Part shown: piece after piece, positions 51,951-64,000 of the stretch
Position numbering within the stretch: position 1 is the first letter of the stretch
How the letters are laid out: every line of letters starts with the position of its first letter
Origin: Girardia tigrina
Taxonomy: Eukaryota
Direction of reading: 5' to 3'
Assembly: GCA_001938485.1 (NCBI GenBank)
Contig: MQRK01183933.1
Location: forward strand, 23,681-87,680
DNA length: 64,000 bases
Notes under the pieces: model-generated
The model's input: only the letters and a program-made list of their open reading frames with translations
Database searches by the model: none
Told to the model about the DNA's origin: nothing
Position numbers and translations under genes: made by a program

Positions 51951-53072
51951 AATTGATATAAAAATATAAATTTTCATTTATCTCTCTTCCACATCATTAC
52001 ACATCCAAATACGGACAGTAATGTTTCAAAATTACTATATCATCAAGAAACGAAAAATCGATTTGATCTATATGACTGTGATGCCCGAGAATGTGATTAA
52101 CTGCAAACTATGTTATAAAAAATAAAATAATGTATTATTAAGACTTTCATATATTGAGACATTATTGAAGAGACAGCTCGTGACTGCCCCAATATTTTAT
52201 GTTTTAACTGGAAATAAATGGGAAATTATTCAAACAAAAATTTATCATTGACTATTAATATTTTTTTGGATAAACGGAAGAACATTATTATTAAGACCAT
52301 TATAATGATAACTTTTTATTTTGATAATATTTAAAAAGCTTTTTATAAGGAGTTAATTTCACGAATTAATAAACTGTTTAAATTATTTTAAATAATTTTA
52401 TTCATTCTTTTCAATAGAATAATAATTGAAATTTGTGCAAAAACATTTTATAAATTTTAAAAATTACTTTATTTTACAAATGTTTTAATATATTTTACTA
52501 ATTTCGGGTTTGTTTAGTTTTAATTTGCATAATTAGTGTTCTTTATAAATTTATTACTTATTACCAAATAGATTATTTTATGTTAAGTGCTTCAGCTATT
52601 AAAAAATTAAAAAAAAATATATTTGGAATAAATAACTAAAACTTTTAAAACTTTAAAATATTTTGATTTTATTACTTTTAGAAATTACAAATTACCATTT
52701 CATTTTAAATGATTTTAAAAATAATATTTGTTGTAAAATTATCTTTTATGATATTTATTCTAAATTATAATAAAAAATTTAAAATATTTTTATTAGCTTA
52801 ATCATTTAGGAATGCATTTTAATTACCAAACAATACATAAAAATAATCAAATAAGTATTATTAAAGATTATATTAATTTATCAACAAAACTAACTGAAGG
52901 AGGAGAGTGTAGTATGGTTTTAATCACAAGAGAATGTTAAAAGTATTGTTAATAAATGATCAGTTACTTTATCTCATAATCGATTATATATAAATCGTTG
53001 ATAGTTGAATAGGATGGGACGGGATGAGTTTGATTTTAGTAAATGATATTGTAATCCTGGTGAATAATTTGG

Positions 53073-53417
53073 TTAAATCAGTAATAAGATAATTGTCGTT
53101 GAACGTGTAGACTCGTATTCGGTTATATGGTATTTGTTGATAGTTGATAGAGAAACATTAAGTAAAATAATTGTTCGAGAAAGATAATAATAATAGAAAA
53201 TCGATATAAAATGCCGATAATTTGAGTTTGTCTTCGAGTAATTATTGACAAGATAATTGTGCTGATCATCGACGAGATTGGCAGAATACGCGGCGGTGGC
53301 GGCCGAATAATACATAGTGTAACTTGAATTATTGATTGAACTTGAGAGAGAATCTTCAAATAGGAATCGATTGTTGGATTTCGTGGTATTATTATTACTG
53401 TTATTGTTGACGAAGGT
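53073..53417 (-). other. possible host exon or pseudo-exon, Asn/Ser/Tyr-rich
   Basis: Open frame TFVNNNSNNN...MYYSAATAAYSANL after TTCTTATAG (acceptor or in-frame stop); no transposon motif. Confidence 0.3.
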
Positions 53418-55082
53418 CTATAAGAACGAGTGAGGATAGTATTCGATGAATTGAGATTGAGATGGATCACAAATTCCAAAGATATTAGTTATCAAAATTA
53501 ATTATTATTGGATCCCTTTTTATTGAATTATTATCAATTATTAATTAACATTTATTTTTATTTTGTTATTGTAAGTAGCGTTTATGCTACTTTCATTATT
53601 ATCACATTCTAAAGCCATAATTTAACACCACCAAAAATTTATTACTATAACAATTCACATTTCTAAAACAAATTTTCCTGTTAATTTANNNNNNNNNNNN
53701 NNNNNNNNNNNNNNNNNNNNNNNNNNNNNNNNNNNNNNNNNNNNNNNNNNNNNNNNNNNNNNNNNNNNNNNNNNNNNNNNNNNNNNNNNNNNNNNNNNNN
53801 NNNNNNNNNNNNNNNNNNNNNNNNNNNNNNNNNNNNNNNNNNNNNNNNNNNNNNNNNNNNNNNNTAATTTTTTAAAATATTTAATAAGCAAATTAACATA
53901 AAAATATTTTACCCTTTAAATTAAAAAAATAATAAACTATTCAGGCGAGATAAAAATTTAAAATTAACCCCTCATAGTTATTATATAAGTGACTATGTAT
54001 TTCACTACACTATATTATTTTATTTATATTGTTAATAAAATTTTTAAAATGAAAAAAAATTCGTTAACTGATAAACCAAGAATTAATTTTTATTTTTACT
54101 TAAAAAAAGGTGTCGGAACATGTATGAATTATTTCAAAAAACATTGTCTATCTTTCGGAACGTCAGGATCCATATTTCAGTGGCGATACATCAAAAGTTC
54201 TTTCACGAGATAAAGTATTAGCACAGTACATTTACACTTGTTTATAGAAACAATGGATGTATCTTATTATAGAAAAAATCCTTTGATCCTCATGTGGCGG
54301 GGAAGGAATGTCATCCAAAAATTTCGACAGATCGATCAATGAACTTACTCGGAAATTCTTATCTATAGAAGGATTTGACTGACAAGCAATTTTCTGAAAT
54401 ATTAAGATTTATTCAAGGAAGAACAGAATTGTAAATTTGTTGAAGATTTTGAGTCCGAGGAAACACGTCGTCAGATTGTTTATTTGTTACGTGTGATTAT
54501 CTTGTTCGAATAAGAATTCTTTCTTATCGAAATCTCTTAATTTTAATTCTGAATAGTTGAAATTACTCGAAAGAATTCGAAATTGTAATTTCTATTTTAA
54601 TTAAGTGTGGATATAGCGTCAAGCGATTCATTTTGCCAATATTTGTCATAAATGACGATTCATATTCGATTTCAATGAATGATTCGAAATTATCATAATC
54701 CATTATGATCAAACACAAATTTATCAATAAATTAATGCTTAAGATTGAAAAATTGATTCGAATAGTTTTTTTATGGAAAATAAAGTACGTGACTCAGTGG
54801 CGGATCCAGGATTTTGAAAAAAAAGTTTTCCTTAACGTTAATATATTTTAGCATTTATTTTTACGAAATGAAGATTATATTATATGTTTCATAGTTAAAA
54901 AACTACAAATCATACAATCTATTCATAAAAGCATATGGTAAAAAAACTACAAAACTCAGTCATAAAAAAGTGATTGTGCTTGCATCTTACGTAGATGTAC
55001 CACAATGATCATATTTGCAATTTGTTCCGTTGAGACACAAGTTGATGAAATATTATTGTACATTTAAATCACACACAAATCA

Positions 55083-55866
55083 GGATATCGGAAAATTCGT
55101 CCCCCACAATTTGTCCCAAGAAAATTCGTCCAACGGAAAATTCTTTCCGAGATAATTGGTATTTTATTAATAAATAAAAAAATACTATTGTTATAAATTT
55201 ATTGATTAAAATGCAGTTTTTTAGGAATATTTTACAAAATATTCTTTCAATTCTGGGAACGAAATATGCACTTCAAATGTAAAATAATTTTTATATTTAT
55301 AGGAAATATAAATTATAAATTAAATTAAGAATAAATGCTAAAAAGAAAATGAAAACTAAGAAGGATTTATTTATAAAATTTATTGATTCAAATTAAAAGT
55401 TTAGATTTTTTAACTTAGAAGTTAAAATAAAGGCAAGATCTCTCTGATTCTCATTATTATTACGCCTCATATTATATTATTATTTTTACGAGGATCTTCA
55501 TTTAACGTTCACTGATATTGATTCAACATCTGTAATTCAAAAATAGGAGATCTACCTCTACTGCGTAACTTTTTCCAATGTATGTATCTTCATAATGTGA
55601 AGATATTGGAAATACTTCAATAGGAACTTTGTCACTGTCTAGGAATTCTTCAAAGACATCTGGAACATCAGTGAATAAATGCAAGACACGGAATCATTCT
55701 AACCCATATTGCAAAATTATAATCTGTTACAACCAGTAATTAAAATATTATAACCCGAATTGTAGGGGACGATTTTTCCAGAAGACTAGTATTTTTAATT
55801 TTTAATTGTTAATTTTATTTAATTTTTCTGAGGATGAATTTTCCGGGGACGAATTTTCCGGATCCC
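55083..55866 (-). mobile_element. Mutator-like (MULE) deletion derivative
   Basis: Exact 9-bp TSD CACAAATCA; TIRs with CGGAAAATTCGTCCCC and sub-repeats; decayed transposase-like interior. Confidence 0.85.
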
Positions 55867-57456
55867 CACAAATCACATATCTATCAGTTGCCATCGTTGT
55901 TCGTAGACATTAGTGAATGCGACGTACACAAGAGAATGAAAGCTCTATCTCATAACCTCCAAGATGGAGGAATAGCTCCCGAATATTCTGGAAGAATGTA
56001 GAGTCAACGTATTGTTGAAGAAGTTGAGTGATTGCCATTCCAGAAATTTTGTTCTCCACACATAAATGTTTCCATCGTTACAACTCATTATTAAGAGTAG
56101 ACGTGTTTGGAAGAATATCATACCATTTAGTCACTTGTTGTTTTGATAATATTTCCAAATCATCGTTGTCTTTGGTGACAAAAATTTCTGGAATAAAATT
56201 ACATAGCTCATAATGTGCTATTTTATTTTCTGTAAAACGTGCTGCTAATTCAAATGAAACCTTGTCAAGGAATGAAGTGGCTACATTGCGCTTGTAGTAC
56301 TCAAAAGGTGAGATAGCAGGTGTATTTAAACGATGAATTTGACAATTTCAAAACCTTGGAGCTTTTTCAGTAGAATTAACAGACTGCGCAATTTCTTCGG
56401 CTTTGCGATAAATTGTGGAAAACCAGTCGTCAACATTTTCACGGATTGTGGAATAAACAAAGAAATTTGTGAAACTTTTTGAAAGACCAGATAAATCTCC
56501 ATTAACTCACCCTGAAGACATGATACAATTGGTTGCATTGGCCCCAAATCTTCCTTTGCCACAACAAAATTGACGATGTGATCGTAGTTAGTAAATATAT
56601 GTAATAATCCGTTGGCTTTATAACTAGTTTGAGAATCCCAATTCCATGCTTCTATTTTGATATTATCATACAGATCATGGTCATCATTTCATCAAGAGCG
56701 CGAACAATGTAGATGTAAAGTTTTTGAAAGGTAATAAATGTTAAGTTATCGTGTTTTGCAAAGGTTCTTCAAATTTGTCTTATTTAACTCCGGTGCTTTA
56801 GCAGAAATATCCCTTCGGAGAAGGCGTTGTCGCTTTGTGATTTATCGGAAAAAGAAAATAGTTGTTGGCAAGAATTCATCTTATTTCTAAAAGACGAAAT
56901 GTCACATCCATGGCAAATTGTTCTTTGCAAAATTGTTCATTGCAAAAATTCTTTCTTCTTCCAATACATTTCTGATAGCCAGTTCCATAGACTCTCCTGT
57001 AATTCTCTCGTTCTCCACCAATCGCATTACTACTTACATCTTTTTAGGTTTTTCTTGAAATGTGTCAAGCAGACAAATACAAACTGAAATAATTTCACGG
57101 CCATGTGAGTTTCTCTCACCTAAAATTATTAAAAAATGTGGACAAGCCTTCAGATACTTACGAAAATAGTCATAAATGAGGTTTGCAGCAATGTTTATGA
57201 TCTTGTTTTGTATAGTGTTGAGTGTTGGTTGTGTTTTATTCTATTCAAGAAAAAGTCTGGTTTTATTTATAAAATATATTTTTATATTTACAATTTATTA
57301 CAATTTTTAATAAGTCAAAGGTGTTTAAAAGGAACAAAGTTTTATTTGACATCTGGCCGATTTTATATTTGAACTCCGAAAGTCTTTAGCGACAACTCGG
57401 GTCGATTAAGATTTTAGAGGTTTAAGTCACACTTTACAGCGTGAATATAAAAAATA

Positions 57457-57852
57457 TAACGGATAACATGAAATAGTAGGACACCTACTATTTTAATAGT
57501 AGATGGAAAAAAATTGAAAAGCCGCCCAATATTGGTTTACACCTACTATTTGGTGCTTTTGTTTTGAACTTGTTTNNNNNNNNNNNNNNNNNNNNNNNNN
57601 NNNNNNNNNNNNNNNNNNNNNNNNNNNNNNNNNNNNNNNNNNNNNNNNNNNNNNNNNNNNNNNNTGTGATCAGTTTCTTTTTGGGATTCCGACAAATACT
57701 TTTTTACAAAACGTTCACCATACACATCATTTAAAAACGATACACCTACTATTTGATTCCACCTACTATTTTAATAGTAGGTGAAAATTTTTTTGAAAAC
57801 TTCATTACACCTACTATTTCATGTCCCCCTACTATTTGATGTTATCCGTTAG
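57457..57852. mobile_element. MITE with internal CCTACTATT repeats
   Basis: TIRs TAACGGATAACAT / ATGTTATCCGTTA, TA flanks. Confidence 0.8.
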
Positions 57853-58564
57853 TATTTAATAATTATTTAATATTTTTAATCAATTACTTTTTAATGATTC
57901 TTTGTTTTTCAACAAGTGTTATTGCCGTTTCAAACTTTTTTTTAATCTTGCACTATTTCAGTGTAGGTTGAAAATGACTGTGTGAGCGTTCTGATTCTTG
58001 CTCACTTATATATAATTTTGAGCAGATAATTTATGAGACGTTCTTAGACGTTTCGTCTTTCAAAATAGATAACTCTTTGACTTCTCGTCTTTCAAAATAA
58101 TCTTTTAAAACTTGAAACTTGAAACTTTTAAAATTCTAAAACTTCTGTACTTGTTAATTAATAATGACCTTTTATACTAGGTCTTTTATTAATTAATTAA
58201 TTTTGTTTTTTAATTTAAATAAATAATTTACTCTTTTCTTATAATTATTTATCTTTCTTTTCTCTTTCTATTTATTCAAATTCTCTCAAGTATTCTATTT
58301 ATTTATATAAAAAATATTTTATATTTATTATCATAAATATTTCATTTATGAAAAATATAAATATTTGTCAATATTTATTAATTTAAACAACAAATACATA
58401 TAAATTATAAAATTTGAGATATTCCCTCAACAATAGGGCATAAACATATTTATATATATAGAAAAGAAGCTAATAAAATAAATGGAAAAACTAGTTATTT
58501 ATTGGTTGTTTTTGTTTATTTATTTGAAAGAAAATTTGCTTTTTCTTTACATTCTTTAACATAT

Positions 58565-58851
58565 TAAAATTTTCGTCGTGATTTTGTTTCAGCACAGTCA
58601 TCAATTATATCGGAATAAACTAAATTTAACGTAAAATCTGTTTCTAAAGATAAAATCGATAATGCATTTAAGCGTTGTTCTTTTATATTTGATTATAAAT
58701 ATGTTTTTAATCTTTTCAAAAATGAAAAACTGCGTTCTGAAGAGCAGTAACTTATATGTGATAAAATTTTTCAAAGAAAATTAAGTGGCCTTTTTTGGTT
58801 GGAACCCATAGGCAGTTGCCTAGGTTTGCCTATTAGTAAAAGCGCCCATTG
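58565..58851 (-). mobile_element. second hAT fragment (dimerisation domain plus terminus)
   Basis: CSSERSFSFLKRLKTYL*SNIKEQRLNALSILSLE; terminus with AGGCA/GCCTA repeats at 58808-58851. Confidence 0.7.
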
Positions 58852-60874
58852 TGATAATACCGGCATCATATTTAGTATTATTTGTTTTGTTTTAGGAATC
58901 CATAGTGAAATTGATGTTTATTTCATGTTTTAAATCAAAATTTCTGTAAACAATAAAACGGTTTTGCTCAGTACACTTCTTACATTCCATTTTTGCTCGT
59001 TTATTTATGATACAAAAAGGTTACCCCATTTTTTATGATAAGAAACAAAAGGGGGTGGCAGCCACCTTAACCCCCTGGATCCACCACTGGTGACCAAACT
59101 ATTCACAACTCTAGAATTCAATTCTCAGTTCAAATAAATCAAAAATCGATCACGTATCAAAATTTTAAACAAGTACAAACAAATAAAATATAAATTATCA
59201 ATTATCAACAGCTCACCAAAACCTGATCAGAATACGACAAATGAACGCAAATCCCCAAATCAAATTTTCTTATTCTTACAAAAAAATAGATTAGCAATTT
59301 GATGCGTTAAAAAATGTGCATTTTTACAAAATAATTTAAATATAAATATATTTTTAATTTTTAATTTTAGAAAAACTATAATATTATTTTTCCGGAAAGT
59401 CCCCAACAGTCTGAAACAATTCCGATATTTTACAACACCATACAAAAATCATAGCAAAATTCCATGAAAATAGGCTAATGTATCAAAAGAAAAAGTTTGA
59501 AGCGAATTGATCAAGTCGGGAAACATGTCCAACTCAATCTAAACCTTCAAAAATGTCATGTTTTGTATAAAAGTTTAACTTGATCGCATACAATTATGTT
59601 TTATAAAAATAATAATAATCGATAATAAAATTATTTTAATAATATGGTAAATAAATTCCTATCATAAAAATTAAAAATCTTTATTATTTAATGAAAAAAA
59701 TATTTTAAGTTTTTAATTGAATGTTTCATTTTTGAAAACTGCTTTGAAAAAAAGATACTTAATTATTAATCTTTTAAAAATAATAATAACATGTTAAAGG
59801 AGATTTTATCTTCATTCATCGGTTCAGATTTTCTTAAGATTTTAGAATAATGGTTTTATTTCATGCTTTAAAAAGAATAAATATAATTTATTTTCTTTAT
59901 TTATTTTTCGAATAAAATATATAAAATTATAATAATAGAAATAATAATTGTAATGAGTATAATTTTTATTATTATTATTTTTATTATTATTAATATTATT
60001 ATTATTAATAATAAATTATTTAAAACATTGACATCTTTTTAATTTATAAAATGAAAATTGTAAGGAATACTAGCTATATTTTAATATAGATTTTTTAATT
60101 TCAATTTATTTTAAGGTCGTTAATTACAAGAAACAATAAATATTCATTAAAAAACGTTTATTAAAATTCTATATATNNNNNNNNNNNNNNNNNNNNNNNN
60201 NNNNNNNNNNNNNNNNNNNNNNNNNNATATATATATATATTTATTATATCCATATTTATAATACGGTTAAATTTAGAAAATTGTAAAATTAAAACTCCTA
60301 AAATAGAACTTTGTTTTAATATTCAGAAATTTTAGAAAAATGTGAAAAAAAGGCCACAATTTTTAATAAAATAAATTTTATTTGATGGATCAGAATTTTG
60401 ATGCAGTTTGCGTTGCAAACAGATTTTCTAACAAAAATGACTAATCGATTTAAAAATATTAAATTTAAAACATTGTTCTTGATTAATTTAATATTTTATT
60501 ATTCACATTTTAGAACTCTTTTCGAGATTTTCTTTCACTGTTAATATTTTTTAAAACAAATTCTGCTGACATAACTTCTAATTTAATATATTTTTAATTT
60601 ATATATTCTTTATTCTTCTGATATCACAGTTATTTTCAATAATTAACTGATAATAAAAAATCATTTTTTGTTAAAAAATATTTATTTTAATTTCACGATG
60701 GAATGATCTTTTTGGTGATGATTTTATTTTTATGTTATTTCAAATAATTTATTAGTTTATTAATTTTTTAATAGTTTTTTTTTCAATAGCATATTTTCAA
60801 GTTTTTTTGAGCATGCTTAAATGTGCATTTTTAAACATTTTTATAAACTGCAATATCTCTTGCAGAGCGTAATT

Positions 60875-63745
60875 TGTAGTTTCACCAGAAATAGAACACC
60901 ACTAAACAACAACAAAGTTTATAAAGGTAAAATACAAAAAATCAAATTCTGTTTTCACGATTTTTTATCACTTATTTAAACAAATTTAATTTCGAATATT
61001 GAACAACATTATTACATCCCCGCCAAAAATCAGGTATCCAGTTCGTAATCTCTGTGTCACGGTAATTCTTTTCTCTCTCGGTCGCTTCTGCGTTGCTCGT
61101 CACGATTTGTGTGGTCCATGATCTCTTCAACACTCGACTTCTCATCAACTGCTTCGCTCTCGTCTTCACTGCTTTATAAATCATCAATAACCTCGTTTTA
61201 AGGATTATTCTGATTGTCAGATCGTTTTCTGATATCCTGAATATGTCTCGGAACTCCGTCTACTTCGTATTTGTGGTGACTAATTTTTGCTGTGATTTTA
61301 CTACGACCCCATTGACTTGTACATTAAACATGTTGACTCAGCTTGACATACATTTTTTCTCCTACTACAAACATTCTACAGTCGTCACTCATCAGTTCCA
61401 TGTTTATTTTTTAACCCATTATCCTCCAATTATATCAGGGTGAACCAAAAGTCTTTTCGTATTTTCTAAGTCTTTTTGTTCAATTGTTTCTTATTGTGAA
61501 ATAAAGATATTTTGTATACATGTGTTATATGTTTTTAAAGCTCTTGAACTGCTCTATCACATTATATATTAAAACTTCTAATTAGTCGTTAATATAATTT
61601 TATGGTCTTGTGGAAAAATCATGGAAAATTTTGAAATTCGTAATCTTTTACGCCATTACTGGAAACATGGCTTAAACGCAACTGCCGCAACAAAAAAGAT
61701 GTGTGAGGTTGAAGGCGATAATTTGGTCTCAAATCGTACTGAACAAAATTGGTTCAAAAGGTTCAACGAAGGCGACATTGACCTCGGAGACAATTCACGT
61801 TCTGATCGACTTATCACCGTAGATTCCGATGCAATTTGTGAAGCCAACGAGACAAATCCGTTAATAAGTACTCTCAGATTGTCGGCCAAACTTGATATTC
61901 CTCAAACATCTATTGTACGACACCTTCACGCTCTTGGCATGGTCAATAGACGATGCCAAGAAGTGCTTCATGAATTGACATAAATTCAAGCCGAAAAGCG
62001 CTTCGAAACTTGTCAAAAATTGCTTGAAAATCCGCGCGATGACCGTTTCATCCGTCGAATTGTAACTTGCAATGAAAAGTGGGTTTACTTCAGTAATTCA
62101 GACCAACAAAATCAATGGTTGGACCACGGACAAATGGCGAAACCGGTAGCGAAACGATATCATTTCTCAAGGAAAGCACTTTTGCGTGTTTGGTGGAATT
62201 TCGAAGGCGTGATTCACTTCGAGCTGTTTCCAAATGGTCGTACCATCGACGCTGATCTTTACTGCGCCCAACATGATCGAATGTATGCGGCACATGGCAA
62301 GAAATACCCCACTTTGATCAATCAAAAGCGAGTTCTTCTACAACAGGAAAATGCAAAACCGCATACCGCCAAACAAACAAAAGAAAAAAATCAAAAATCT
62401 CGACGCATTTGAACTTCTTCCACACCTAGTGTATATTCCGAATCCTGTGACATCCAACTATCACCTTTTCCGCTCTATGGCACACTTTCTTCGTGGTCGC
62501 AGCTTCAATAATCTGGCCGAGGTCGAAAACGGGTGTCACCAGTTCTTCGCTTCTAAGAACAAGTATTGATACCGCAGCGAGATAGCACAACTTGCCCATA
62601 GTTGGATTCAACCTATAGACTCAAATGGCATTTACGTTGAAACTTAAATATTTTTTATTCGTTGTAAAATTATGTTTAAATTTTTAATAAAAAATACGAA
62701 AAGACTTTTGGTTCACCCTAATAGATAAATAATATATCACTTGGCAATTTAATTCCATCTTTTCTTCTTTTATGACTTATATTATATCAATGCACAGCTT
62801 CAGCAATATCAATATTCGATTTCTCCGCTATTCTTTTTATCATACGGTGAAAACGCTCCACAATGCCGTTTGTACTGGGTCTATGCGCACATCGAAGGTC
62901 TATCGTAACACTCCATTTAATACACAAGTGTTTGAATTTGTCACCTGTAAAAGCTCCTCCATTGTCAACAAGGATTTCTATGGGAGCTCCATGCTCCATA
63001 AATAATTCATCGGATTTTTTATATTACGTCGTCGGCTCCTTCAGTTTTTACTTCTCTCCAAATCGACTAGATCTACAATCAATTACTGATAAATATACTC
63101 TATTCTTGTAATGGGTATGATCTATAGCCAATTTTTCCCAACAAATTTCTACCGATAATGATCCCTTTGGAGTTTAATAGGGGCGGGATTAATACTACTA
63201 CGCCGTTGAAAGTCTTGAATAACACTCTTCATATCCTTTTCGACACTTCAATATAAAAATGATGTCGATCATGACTCTTCTTGCCTCATTTACTTTTCTC
63301 TCTTGTTGAACAATACAACATTTCCTTTCTTTCCATTTTCTTGGTACTATTTAAGACATCTGCCTTGTTTAGTTCAGAGGGAACCCAATCACACTCTTAA
63401 TCTATTTCGGACTCGTTAAAATACTGTCTACCATAGCCAAACGTTTTCTGACCAATATCTCACTCATTCCAGTTATTTTATTCGGCTTTTTCTTGTCTTT
63501 AACGATGTGAGTGAACCATGTACTACAACTGAATCTGTAATAATTAATAACTTCTTCACATTCCACTTCAAAGTCAAGTTAATTCATTTCATTATCCCTT
63601 CAAGCTCAGCAATGCTTATATGTACACAATCATTTTCTTGTCTTAACTAGCTTCCATCTTCGTTCACATGGTCACCGATTTCCAACACACATCCGATGGC
63701 AAAAGAACTTGTATCGCACCATATCGTACATGTTCGGCTCATATC
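60875..63745 (-). mobile_element. Gypsy remnant: RNase H, integrase, PPT and short 3' LTR (60875-61016)
   Basis: HISIAELE; GAPIEILVDNGGAF...STNGIVERFHRMIK; YEVDGVPRHIQDIR; TTTTTGGCGGGGA then TGTAA...CTACA. Confidence 0.85.
61435..62721 (+). mobile_element. mariner element inserted in the Gypsy integrase, defective
   Basis: TIRs (T)CAGGGTGAACCAAAAGTCTTTTCG / CGAAAAGACTTTTGGTTCACCCTAA, TA TSD; transposase 61621-62647 with stops and frameshift. Confidence 0.95.
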
Positions 63746-64000
63746 CAGTGTTACCACAGCTGGGTTTTTTTCACTAGATCTGGGTTTTTTTACTGCTGTC
63801 TAGGTTTCTGGGTATTTAATTTCCATATTTGGTTAAATCTGGGTATTTTTCAATTTTTGAGTTTTTTGGCTTTTTATTAGGTATTATTTTGAGCAGTTTC
63901 GTATCTTTGACATTAAAATAAAATTAACCCAGTTATGAGGAATTGAGGATTCTCAAAACTCAACAATGTTTAGAGTGTATACTATTGATTCTCAAAACTC
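63746..64000. mobile_element. start of probable non-autonomous DNA transposon
   Basis: CAGTGTTACCA terminus with CTGGGT sub-repeats interrupting Gypsy pol; other end outside window. Confidence 0.4.

Larger units (their letters stand above)
54795..59089 (-). mobile_element. hAT element (Tip100/P52rIPK-like transposase pseudogene) with nested inserts
   Basis: TIRs CAGTGGCGGATCCAGG / CCTGGATCCACCACTG; LKNLCKTR*, WDSQTSYKANGLL, PFEYYKRNVATSFLD, ELSFSCVRRIH*CLRTTM. Confidence 0.85.

Overview
Very AT-rich eukaryotic scaffold with many N gaps and (TA)n tracts. It is essentially a graveyard of nested transposable elements; composition, ~50-nt introns and mariner abundance suggest a triclad flatworm (inference only). 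No intact host gene, tRNA, rRNA or CRISPR array is supportable. Recognisable content: at least six mariner copies with different TIRs; Tc1/IS630-like elements (DD34E and DD41D, two with introns in the transposase); a hATm-like and a Tip100-like hAT; a MULE; non-autonomous Helitrons and a Helentron-like element; Gypsy remnants and solo LTRs; a decayed Maverick/Polinton (pPolB tail, PLA2-integrase, GGILP core protein); and several Penelope-like GIY-YIG remnants followed by minimal hammerhead ribozyme motifs, one split by a mariner at its stem III. The least explained signals are two GC-rich LTR-like elements sharing short motifs and hairpin positions but little sequence, a U1-resembling GC island, and an antisense intron inside a Tc1-like element. 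Everything was read by eye; boundaries without a TIR or TSD are approximate.
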